Origin: an uncultured Acidobacteriota bacterium
Lineage (GTDB): Bacteria; Acidobacteriota; Thermoanaerobaculia; Gp7-AA8
Assembly: GCA_963741955.1 (NCBI GenBank)
Contig: CAVUKB010000005.1
Coordinates: 832,001 to 896,000 of the forward strand
Reading direction: 5' to 3'
Length of the DNA: 64,000 bases
Part shown: positions 48,673 to 57,552 of the stretch, in pieces
Layout: each line of letters opens with the position of its first letter
How positions within the stretch are numbered: position 1 is the first letter of the stretch
Notes under the pieces: model-generated
Database searches by the model: none
What the model saw: the letters and a program-made list of their open reading frames with translations, nothing else
What the model was told of the DNA's origin: nothing
Program-made: the position numbers and the translations under genes

Positions 48673-49062
48673 TCAGCAGGTTCCGTGAGCGAGGAGCGCC
48701 ACGTGCTTCCCTTCACCCAGAAGGCTGGTGAACGTCCGGCAGGCTTGGGGAGTCCGCTCGAGGCGGACGTCGGCGATGCCGTGATCCCGCAGTTCCTGAA
48801 TGACGCTCTCCGGGCACTCGATCGCCCCATAGACGCCGACTCCGATCACCAGGGTGTCGATCCCGTGATCGTAGATGGCGGCGAGCATCGACGGGTTCAG
48901 GGAATGCCCCTTCCTCTCCTGCCACTCCGAGACCTCGTGCTCGATGACCCGGATGTCCTTTCCCATCCCGGTTTTTCCCTGCGGAGTTCGGGCATGTGTC
49001 TGGCCGAAGATGCTGAAGGTGCCCCAGTCGACCCATTCGACGCTCTCGGGAGTTCTTGCCAT
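48673..49062 (-). CDS. Mth938-like (DUF498) protein
   Basis: 'LVIGVG', 'TPQACRTF', C-terminal HGTC. Confidence 0.8.
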   Translation of the reverse strand: MARTPESVEWVDWGTFSIFGQTHARTPQGKTGMGKDIRVIEHEVSEWQERKGHSLNPSMLAAIYDHGIDTLVIGVGVYGAIECPESVIQELRDHGIADVRLERTPQACRTFTSLLGEGKHVALLAHGTC

Positions 49063-49517
49063 TGAGTCTCCTCCTGTCCAAACCGGGCCGTGCGTGTCCG
49101 AACGGCCCCTTTTTTGAAGATCGTTCCGAAACTACGGCTGTGCAAGAGTGGTGCGGGAGGAAAGGATCTCGCCTTTCCCGCCGCGGTCCGTATAATGTCG
49201 CGTCGAGCTCGTCCCGGAGGCGTTCGGGGCGGGTGGACAATGCGCGATCTCCGGTTCCGGGCGAGTGGAATGGATCGGAGGAGCGACGTCCCGGTCGTCG
49301 GAACGACGACTCGTGCCGGTGATCCACCGGCGAGCACGCATCGTGAATCGTCAGCAGGAAGACTCCCGAGCAGTCGAGTCTGCGAGTCGAAATTCCTCGG
49401 AAAAGCGACAACCGGATAACCGAACCATCGGCCGCCCGCATGACATTTCCTATCAAGAGCTGAATCCAGATGGAACGATCGGGAGGAGAACGTCCCGCTC
49501 GTGCCGGAGGAAACACA

Positions 49518-50560
49518 TTGACCGAACAGACGACCACCGCAGCAGAGATCGGCCTCCCACGCGAGGCGCTCCTCGAAATGAATTACTACATGAGGATGAC
49601 GCGCTCGCTCGAAGAGCGGATCGTCATCCTCTTCCGGCAATCCAAAGTGATCGGAGGCATCTACCGTTCCCTCGGGCAGGAAGGCGAAGCGGTCGCGGCA
49701 GCGTACGCGCTCGACTTCGCAAGTGGTGACGTCGTCTCCCCTCTCATTCGGAACATGGGCGCGATGCTCGTGGCGGGAGCAACACCGCTGGAGATCCTCC
49801 GCCAGTACATGGCGAAGGGAAACGCTCCTTCCCGCGGTCGCGATCTCAAATCCACTTCACGGATCTCGACCGCGGCTTCGTCGGTCCCATCTCGATGCTC
49901 GGCGACATGATCTCGGTGATCTCCGGCGTGGTGCTCGCCCGCCGGATGCAGAAGCGACAGAGCGTCGGAATGGTTTTCATCGGAGACGGCGCCTCCTCGA
50001 CCGGAGCATTCGCGGAAGGGATGAACTTCGCCTCGGTCAAGAAACTCCCTCTGGTGGTGGTGATCGAAGACAACGGGTACGCCTACTCGACGCCAACCTC
50101 ACGTCAGACCGCCGCGAGAACCCTCGCGGACAAGGCCATGGCATACGGCTGCTTCGGCGAGACCGTCGACGGCAACAATCCCCTCGCCGTCTACCGCGCC
50201 GCCCGTAGCGCGGTGGATCACGCCCGACGAGGTGAAGGCGTGACCCTCCTCGAGGTCAAGACCTTCCGGATGCGCGGTCATGCGGAACACGATAACCAGG
50301 CCTACGTCCCGAAAGAGTTGATCGAAGAATGGAAGAAGAAGGACCCGATCGACCGCTTCGAGCGTTTCCTCCTCGACTCCGGAACCGCGTCCGAAGACGA
50401 CCTCCAGCAGATCCGCGAGAAAATTCGTGCGGAGCTCGATCACGCAGTGCAGGAGGCGGAGGCGTCGCCGATGCCTCTTCCGGAGGAAGCGCAGTACGGC
50501 GTGTGGCACGGAGATGGGTTCTGGGAGAACCCGCCTCTCTGCGAGGGAGGTGAGCGATGA
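49518..50560 (+). CDS. 2-oxoacid dehydrogenase E1 alpha (PDH/BCKDH type), 1-nt frameshift near 49849
   Basis: GQEGEA in the first frame, GDGASSTG...N and RMRGH in the second; adding one base restores GRDLxIHFTDLDRG. Confidence 0.9.
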
Positions 50561-51555
50561 GCGCCGAAGCTCCGAGAGCAGGTGGAGAGACCACCTACCT
50601 CGAAGCAATCCGTCAGGCGATGTGGGAAGAGATGGAGCGCGACGAGCGCGTCTTCCTCATCGGGGAGGACGTCGGGATCTACGGCGGCGCGTTCAAGACC
50701 AGCGCCGGACTTCTCGACCGCTTCGGCGAGGAGAGAGTGATCGACACGCCGATCTCGGAGACGGCGATCGTCGGCGCGGCCGCGGGAGCGGCGATGGCCG
50801 GGATGAGGCCCATCGCCGAGATGCAGTTCATCGACTTCATCTCGGTCGCATTCGACCAGCTGACGAACTTCGCCTCCAAGCTCCGTTACCGAAACGGCTA
50901 CGGCTGTCCGCTCGTCGTGCGCGGTCCTTCGGGCGGAGGCGTTCACGGCGGCCCGTTCCACTCCGGGAATCCGGAGGCATTCTTCTTCAACACGCCGGGG
51001 CTGAAGATCGTCGCGCCGGGGACGGCGCGTGACGCCAAGGGGCTGTTGAAAGCGGCGATCCGGGACGAGGATCCCGTGATCTACCTCGAGCACAAATTCC
51101 TCTACCGCCGGATCAAGGAAGAGCTCCCGGCGGACGATTACGTCGTCCCGATCGGAAAGGCCAACGTTCGTCGTGAAGGAAAGGACCTCACCATCCTCAC
51201 CTGGGGAGCGATGAACTACGTCGCGGACGAGGCGGCGGACGAGCTCGCGAAGGACGGCGTCTCCGTGGAGATCGTCGATCTCCGGTCGATCCGTCCGTTC
51301 GACGAGGAGACGATCCTCGCGTCGGTGGCGAAGACCAACCGCGCGATCATTCTCCACGAAGCACCGCTCACGGGCGGAGCAGGGGGTGAGTTCGCGGCAC
51401 GGATCGCGGAGAAGGCATTCGAATACCTCGACGCACCGATCCGCCGCGTCGCGTCGAACGACACTCCTCCTCCCTATTCCCCGCCGCTCGAGGAGTTCTT
51501 CCTCCCGAACAGGGAGAAGCTCCTCACGGTAGCCAGGGAGCTGCTGCGGTACTGA
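50557..51555 (+). CDS. 2-oxoacid dehydrogenase E1 beta
   Basis: GEDVG, DTPISE, EMQFIDF, GPFHS. Confidence 0.95.
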   Translation: MSAEAPRAGGETTYLEAIRQAMWEEMERDERVFLIGEDVGIYGGAFKTSAGLLDRFGEERVIDTPISETAIVGAAAGAAMAGMRPIAEMQFIDFISVAFDQLTNFASKLRYRNGYGCPLVVRGPSGGGVHGGPFHSGNPEAFFFNTPGLKIVAPGTARDAKGLLKAAIRDEDPVIYLEHKFLYRRIKEELPADDYVVPIGKANVRREGKDLTILTWGAMNYVADEAADELAKDGVSVEIVDLRSIRPFDEETILASVAKTNRAIILHEAPLTGGAGGEFAARIAEKAFEYLDAPIRRVASNDTPPPYSPPLEEFFLPNREKLLTVARELLRY

Positions 51556-51675
51556 TGGGAACGGCGCGTGCAAAGTTGACACGCGACCCCGGAAGCGGAA
51601 GGATTGAATCTCGCGCTCGCGTGAAGGGCGTCTGCGCGTGAAGAGAAATCGAGCGAACGAAGGACGAAGCGAGAC

Positions 51676-53045
51676 ATGGCTACCGATGTCGTAATGCCAC
51701 AGATGGGCGAGTCGATCGCCGAGGGAACGATCTCCCGCTGGATCAAGAAGCCGGGAGAGAAGGTGGAACGGGACGAACCGATCTCGAGATCTCGACCGAC
51801 AAGGTCGACGCGGAGATTCCGGCGCCGGTCTCGGGGACGCTCGCCGAGGTCCTGGCGAACGAAGGGGACACCGTCCCGGTCAACAGCGTGATCGCGAGAA
51901 TCGCGGCGGAAGGAGAAGCCGCACCGCCCCCGCAGGCCGCACCGGCACCGAAGCCGGAGGCGACGCGCCCCTCTGAACCCGCCGAGCAGCCCCAGGCTGC
52001 GGCGCCGCAGCCGAAGCCGTCCGCTCCGGAACCGGCAGCTGCACCACAGCCGGCGCCGCAGGCCTCGCCGGCGCCGCAGGCCGAGGAGAACGTCACGTCC
52101 CTCGAGGAACGGCGCCGCACCAGGTCCTCTCCGCTGGTCCGGAAGATCGCACGCGAGAACGACATCGACATCTCGCAGAACGAAGGGAGCGGCGTCTCGG
52201 GAAGAGTGACGAAAGACGACATCCTCGAGTACATGGAGCGGCCGCGAGCAGCAGCGTCCGTACAGCCGGCTCCGCAACCGCGACCCTCCTCTCCTCCCGC
52301 CGCGCCGCAGCGAGAGCCGGGGCAGCCATCCGCGTCTCCCGGGGGCGAGAACATCCGGATCGAGCCGATGTCCGTCATGCGCAAGAAGATCGCCGATCAC
52401 ATGGTCTTCTCCAAACGGACCTCCGCACACGTCAGTACCGTGTTCGAGGTCGACTTCACCGCGATCGACCGACTGCGCAAACAGCACAAGGCTTCCTATG
52501 CGGAGCGAGGCGTCAGCCTGACCTACATGGCGTTCATCGTCCAGGCGGTGATCACGGCATTGCGCGAGTTCCCCATCATCAACTCGTCGATCGACGGCGA
52601 CAACATCATCTATAAAGACGATCTGAACATCGGCATCGCCGTCGCGCTCGATTGGGGACTGATCGTTCCCGTCCTCAAGCGCGCCGACGAGAAGAACATC
52701 CTCGGGATCGCGCGCTCGATCAGCGAGCTCGCCGAACGCGCCCGCACCAAGAAGCTCAATCCGGAGGACGTACAGGGCGGGACATTCACGATTACCAATC
52801 CCGGCGTCTACGGCGGTCTCTTCGGACTTCCGATCATCAACCAGCCGCAGGTCGCGATTCTCGGAGTCGGAGGAGTGAAGAAGCGTCCGGTGGTGGTGGA
52901 GACGGAGGCCGGCGACGCGATCGTGGTCCGCTCCATGTGCTATCTCTCGCTCACCTTCGATCATCGAATCATCGACGGCGCGGTGGCGGACCAGTTCATG
53001 GCCAGAGTGCGGTCCATCATCGAGGCGGGGCAGTACAGTCTGTAA
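51676..53045 (+). CDS. Dihydrolipoamide acyltransferase E2, 1-nt frameshift near 51783
   Basis: MPQMGESI; EISTDKVDAE lipoyl motif after the shift; SPLVRKIA; DHRIIDG. Confidence 0.9.
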
Positions 53046-53105
53046 CGGCCCCACTCGCGCGGAGACGGTACGACACTGAGCTCCATCCTTGTAATCATCT
53101 TCCTG

Positions 53106-53753
53106 GTGGTCCTCGCGATCGTCGTCCCGGCGCTCGCGTGGATGAGCCGCCGCGCTCTCGAGAGCGGAGCTCGGATCCCACGACTCCCACTCTACGCGGA
53201 GGTGGTCGTCCTCCAGCTTCTCCTCTTCGGGCTCGCGATGCTGGTGGCATGGAGCGGACGATTCTCGATCTTCAGCCGCCGGCTTCCGACTCTCGATGGG
53301 TGGGCCGCCGGCGCGATCCTCCTCCTGATTGCCACCGTTGCGATGTTGCTGAACCTCCGGTTCGGAACCGCCGATCACGACGATCCTCTCTACCGCATCG
53401 CTCCCGAATCGATGATCGAGAAGCTCGCATGGATCGGAGTCTCGTGCGTCGCCGGAGTCAGCGAGGAGGTGATTTACCGCGGAGCCGCGTACGTGGTGAT
53501 CCAGCGCCTGGTCCACGGGATCTGGCCTCCCATCCTGATCGCATCCGTCCTCTTCGGGATGGCGCATCTGACTCAGGGCATCCGCCGCAGCGCACTGGTC
53601 GCCCTCTTCGGATTCGGCTTCCACCTCGTCGTCCTCTACTCCGGAAGCCTCTACCCCGCTTTCGTCGTTCATGCTTTGTATGACATCCTCGCAGGGCTGG
53701 CGCTCGCCCGCGACCGCCGCCGGAGGAACTGGACCGAACATGCGACTCTGTGA
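53106..53753 (+). CDS. CPBP/CAAX-family intramembrane protease
   Basis: EEVIYRG, FGMAH, HALYD; start uncertain. Confidence 0.85.
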   Translation: MVLAIVVPALAWMSRRALESGARIPRLPLYAEVVVLQLLLFGLAMLVAWSGRFSIFSRRLPTLDGWAAGAILLLIATVAMLLNLRFGTADHDDPLYRIAPESMIEKLAWIGVSCVAGVSEEVIYRGAAYVVIQRLVHGIWPPILIASVLFGMAHLTQGIRRSALVALFGFGFHLVVLYSGSLYPAFVVHALYDILAGLALARDRRRRNWTEHATL

Positions 53754-54831
53754 GCTGCGCAATCTCGATCTCGTCACGTATGAGAACGGCATGCAGATGC
53801 AGCAGGAGCTGGTCACGCTCCGTCAGGAAGAGCGCATCCCCGACCAGCTCCTCCTTCTCCAGCATCCCCCGGTCATCACCCTGGGACGCAGCGGACACGA
53901 AGAGAACCTCCTCGCGTCTCCAGCCGCACTCGCTGCGGAAGGGGTGCGCTTCTACGAAACGACCCGCGGAGGCGACATCACGTATCACGGGCCGGGACAG
54001 CTCGTCGGCTATCCGCTGATCTCGCTCGGCGAGGGACGCCGCGATGTCCGCCGCTACGTGACGAACCTCGAGGAAGTGATCATCCGCACCGTCGCCGCTT
54101 TCGGCATCGAAGCCGGTCGTTGGGAAGGCCACCGGGGCGTCTGGGTGGGGCGTGAGAAGATCGCCGCGATCGGAGTCCGCGTCGCGAAATGGGTCACTTC
54201 CCACGGCTTCGCGCTCAACGTCGATCCGAACCTCCACCACTTCGACCTGATCACTCCCTGCGGGATCCCGGATGCGGGAGTCACATCGATTGCCAGGCTT
54301 ACCGGACGGTCGATCACGGTCGAGGAAGTCCGTGAGGCGCTCGTCCCGCACTTCGCGGATGTCTTCGAGCGGGAGATCCGCCCCAACCCCCCCGATCTCG
54401 CCCTGGTGAAGGTCGTCGTGCACGACGGCAATCGCATTCTTCTCCTCCACCGGCGTCCCGATTCGGGAGATTTCTGGCAGCCGATCACCGGACGGATCGA
54501 AGCGGGAGAAGTCGCCGAAGCCGCGGCCCGCCGGGAGATCGTGGAGGAGACGGGAATGGGTGGAGAGCCGGAAAGCCTCGATCTCCGGCAGTCGTTCCTG
54601 ATCGAGGCGAAGTACCTGAAGGACGCCTCGGATCTCCCGATCTTCGCGGACGAGATCGCGTTCGCCGCATGGATCGATGCGTCGCGAGCGCTTCGTCTCG
54701 ACGCTTCAGAGCACGACCGCTACGGCTGGTTCTCCACCGAAGAGGCGCTCGCGAAGATCCGCTGGAGCGACGATCGGGAAGCGATCGAGCGGCTCGTCGT
54801 TCGAGCGCTCTCGGCTTCGGCCGTGGGATGA
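53740..54831 (+). CDS. lipB: Octanoyltransferase LipB fused to a C-terminal NUDIX hydrolase
   Basis: RGGDITYHGPGQ, KIAAIG, HGFALN, PCG; then GRIEAGE...AARREIVEETG. Confidence 0.92.
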   Translation: MRLCELRNLDLVTYENGMQMQQELVTLRQEERIPDQLLLLQHPPVITLGRSGHEENLLASPAALAAEGVRFYETTRGGDITYHGPGQLVGYPLISLGEGRRDVRRYVTNLEEVIIRTVAAFGIEAGRWEGHRGVWVGREKIAAIGVRVAKWVTSHGFALNVDPNLHHFDLITPCGIPDAGVTSIARLTGRSITVEEVREALVPHFADVFEREIRPNPPDLALVKVVVHDGNRILLLHRRPDSGDFWQPITGRIEAGEVAEAAARREIVEETGMGGEPESLDLRQSFLIEAKYLKDASDLPIFADEIAFAAWIDASRALRLDASEHDRYGWFSTEEALAKIRWSDDREAIERLVVRALSASAVG

Positions 54832-54876
54832 TGCGGCGACCGCGGGCGGTTGTGACCCGATGAGAGATCGAAAGGA

Positions 54877-55779
54877 ATGATCAACAAACGCGCAGGAGAA
54901 CGGCCCGAGTGGCTGAAGATTCGCGTTCCCGGCGACCTCGATCGTCTGCCGGTGACGAGACTGATCAACGACCTCGCCCTCAACACCGTCTGCCAGGAAG
55001 CCCGCTGTCCGAACATTTTCGAATGCTGGGCCGCAGGGACCGCGACGTTCATGATCCTCGGCGAAGTCTGCACCCGCCGCTGCACGTTCTGCGCGGTGGC
55101 GAAGGGCGCACCACTCCCCGCCGACCCCGGCGAGCCGCGCCGGGTCGCGGAAGCGGTCGCGAAGATGAACGTGCGGCATGCGGTGATCACCACGGTGAAC
55201 CGTGATGATCTTCCCGATGGAGGAGCCGAGCACTTCGCGAAGACGATCGAGGAGGTTCAGGAGGGAAGCGAGGCAACGGTCGAAGCTCTGATCTCGGATC
55301 TGGAAGGCGATCGTGACGCGCTTCGCACCATCCTGGCCGCTCGGCCGAAAGTGCTCGCGCACAACATCGAGACGATTCCGCGGCTCTACGCGCAGGTTCG
55401 GCCGACGGCGAAGTACCAACGCTCCCTCGACATCCTCCGCTGGGCTTCCGAAGAGCGGCACGAAGGTATGCTCACCAAGTGCAGCATCATGCTCGGGCTG
55501 GGAGAGACTCCTGAAGAAGTCCTCGAGGTGGCCGCGGATCTCCGGGATGCCGGGGTGGACATCTTCACCATGGGCCAGTATCTCGCGCCGACCGAACGGA
55601 ACCACCCGGTGCGGCGGTACTACTCGCCCGAGGAGTTCCGGGATCTCGGCCAGGCGGCGAAACGACTCGGATTTCAGCACGTCGAGTCCGGACCTCTGGT
55701 CCGGAGTTCCTATATGGCGCATCGTGCCGTAGAATCTTCGGCCGGCCCCGCCGATGCGGAGAGCGGTACCCTCGGATGA
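54877..55779 (+). CDS. lipA: Lipoyl synthase
   Basis: CQEARCPNIFEC, CTRRCTFC, RSSY. Confidence 0.97.
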   Translation: MINKRAGERPEWLKIRVPGDLDRLPVTRLINDLALNTVCQEARCPNIFECWAAGTATFMILGEVCTRRCTFCAVAKGAPLPADPGEPRRVAEAVAKMNVRHAVITTVNRDDLPDGGAEHFAKTIEEVQEGSEATVEALISDLEGDRDALRTILAARPKVLAHNIETIPRLYAQVRPTAKYQRSLDILRWASEERHEGMLTKCSIMLGLGETPEEVLEVAADLRDAGVDIFTMGQYLAPTERNHPVRRYYSPEEFRDLGQAAKRLGFQHVESGPLVRSSYMAHRAVESSAGPADAESGTLG

Positions 55780-55783
55780 CACG

Positions 55784-56062
55784 ATGCCTCGAGTGACGTT
55801 CGAAGATCAGGATCAGACTGCCGACTTCGAATCCGAACGAACACTTCTGAGCTGCGCCATCGACATGGGGATCCGGATCAGCCACGTCTGCGGTGGAGAC
55901 GGCGCCTGCGGCACGTGCCGCATCGCCGTGGTCGACGGATGGGACCAGCTCTCCCCTCCGACGCCCGATGAGACGTACAAGGAGCTCGAGCCACCGTACC
56001 GGCTGAGCTGCCAGGCGAAGCTGAAAGGCGACGTCGTGGTGAAAGTCGCAAAAATCGAGTGA
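55784..56062 (+). CDS. [2Fe-2S] ferredoxin
   Basis: CGGDGACGTC...RLSCQ. Confidence 0.92.
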   Translation: MPRVTFEDQDQTADFESERTLLSCAIDMGIRISHVCGGDGACGTCRIAVVDGWDQLSPPTPDETYKELEPPYRLSCQAKLKGDVVVKVAKIE

Positions 56063-56071
56063 GAGGAAGTC

Positions 56072-56575
56072 ATGACGGAAACCGTATCGACGATGACCGA
56101 GACCGAACAGAGGCTGGGACTCGTTTTCCAATACACGGTCGAAGCCTACAAGGTGTTCGAGAAACTTGCTGAAGTGCTGCCGAATCCGATCACCGCGGGG
56201 ATGTTCGAGAACTTCGCCGAGGATGAGCGCGGGCTTCGCGATCTGCTGGAGATCAAGTATTCGGCAGGACACGCGCGACTGAAGATCACCCTCGGCGCGG
56301 ATCTCCGCTACCTCGACATGGTGGAGGGCGATCTCTCCTATCGCGAGATGACCGAGATGATGATCGCCCGCGAGCGGGCCATGGAAAAGAAGCTGAACGA
56401 ATGGGTGGCGAACGGCTCGGAGTCCGATCGTAACCTCTTCCACTATCTGGCCGCGACCAAGCGCGCGCATCTCGTATTTCTCGACCGCGAGCTGACGCTG
56501 ATCCAGTTCTACCCCCAGTGGTTCCGCCGCGAAGACGCCGAGTCGCTCATCGTGCACGGAACTTCCGAAGAATGA
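56072..56575 (+). CDS. Ferritin/rubrerythrin-like helical protein with degenerate ligands
   Basis: 'FENFAEDE' and 'LFHYLAATKRAH' four-helix-bundle pattern. Confidence 0.55.
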   Translation: MTETVSTMTETEQRLGLVFQYTVEAYKVFEKLAEVLPNPITAGMFENFAEDERGLRDLLEIKYSAGHARLKITLGADLRYLDMVEGDLSYREMTEMMIARERAMEKKLNEWVANGSESDRNLFHYLAATKRAHLVFLDRELTLIQFYPQWFRREDAESLIVHGTSEE

Positions 56576-56865
56576 GCCCCAACATCTCCATCACTCCGGA
56601 GGCCTCCGCCCGATTGCAGAGCGATCTGCAGGGGGGAGTCCTCCGGATCTCCTTCACCACCGGATGTGGAGGGAGCGGATACCGGATTGCGTCTTCCTCC
56701 GCTCCTCTGGATGAGGATGTGGTGGTGGAGGTGGGAGAGGTCGTGGTCGCCCTCGACCAGATGGCCGCGCGTAACCTGGATGGTGCGGAGATCGTGTACG
56801 ACGAGGAAGAGTCGGGCTATTCGATTCTGCATCCGAACGCGGTCAGCGCGGTCTGGTGCGGGTGA
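56572..56865 (+). CDS. IscA/HesB-like A-type Fe-S carrier (divergent)
   Basis: 'ISITPEA', GCGGSGY, 'LDGAEIVY', 'HPNA', C-terminal WCG. Confidence 0.8.
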   Translation: MSPNISITPEASARLQSDLQGGVLRISFTTGCGGSGYRIASSSAPLDEDVVVEVGEVVVALDQMAARNLDGAEIVYDEEESGYSILHPNAVSAVWCG

Positions 56866-56891
56866 GCCGGCGGGAGAGGAGCTCCGGCCGG

Positions 56892-57386
56892 TCAGACGAA
56901 TCGCGGCTCCGATGTCCCCAGAATCCCTCCGCGATTGAGAAGCACCAGCTCGAGCTCGCGGATCTGTGAGCCGTTGCCCGACCGGAGAATCATCCTGCAA
57001 TCGGTCAGAGGGAAAAAGGGGTCGCGCTGGAGGAGGTAATCCGAGACTCTGACTCCGGTTCCCACCCAGAGCGTGCCACTGATCACTCCCCCGTTGAACG
57101 CGCACGAAACATCCTTCTCGCTCGCGTTCGCTACGACTTTCGCGCTCGGCTCCGGGACGTCGGGAATGATCAGGATCACCGTCCGCCGTTGAAGAGCGAA
57201 GAAAGGAACGCGCTTATCGAGCCCCGGAAGGGCCACGTCTTTCAATTTGAAAAAATCGTGCTGGTGATTCACGTAGTCGGTGAGGCTTCGCCGCGCCGGC
57301 ACCATGAACCAGCCGCGAACCCATCCTGCGGTGGTCAGAAGCTGTGCCCCGAGGTCACGCTGAGTCGGAGGCGTGTACTGACTCAT
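56892..57386 (-). CDS. Hypothetical protein (DUF6812-like, internally duplicated)
   Basis: Two similar halves ('RGWFMVP..RSLTDYVN' and 'SGTLWV..GVRVSDYL'). Confidence 0.7.
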   Translation of the reverse strand: MSQYTPPTQRDLGAQLLTTAGWVRGWFMVPARRSLTDYVNHQHDFFKLKDVALPGLDKRVPFFALQRRTVILIIPDVPEPSAKVVANASEKDVSCAFNGGVISGTLWVGTGVRVSDYLLQRDPFFPLTDCRMILRSGNGSQIRELELVLLNRGGILGTSEPRFV

Positions 57387-57552
57387 GCTCCACTCCGTGA
57401 TCGGAATCGCCGGCACCGGACGAGATGATTCGTGATGCGGCGACGGCGAGGCCGGATCTTCGATATCGGTACCGTGGCATTCTACAGGTTATGCAGATAC
57501 GAAACCGAACGCAGATTCCGGGACAGCCGCGCACGCCGACGGGAGCGCGGCC

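Noticed and set aside
49840-51790. Frameshifts in E1 alpha (about 49849) and E2 (about 51783) as programmed recoding or pseudogenisation
   Set aside because: Both are single-base losses without slippery heptamers in otherwise intact genes, and similar indels occur elsewhere in the window, so sequencing error is most likely. Read polishing would settle it.
51474-53816. 780-aa minus-strand ORF
   Set aside because: Antisense shadow of the E2 and CPBP genes.
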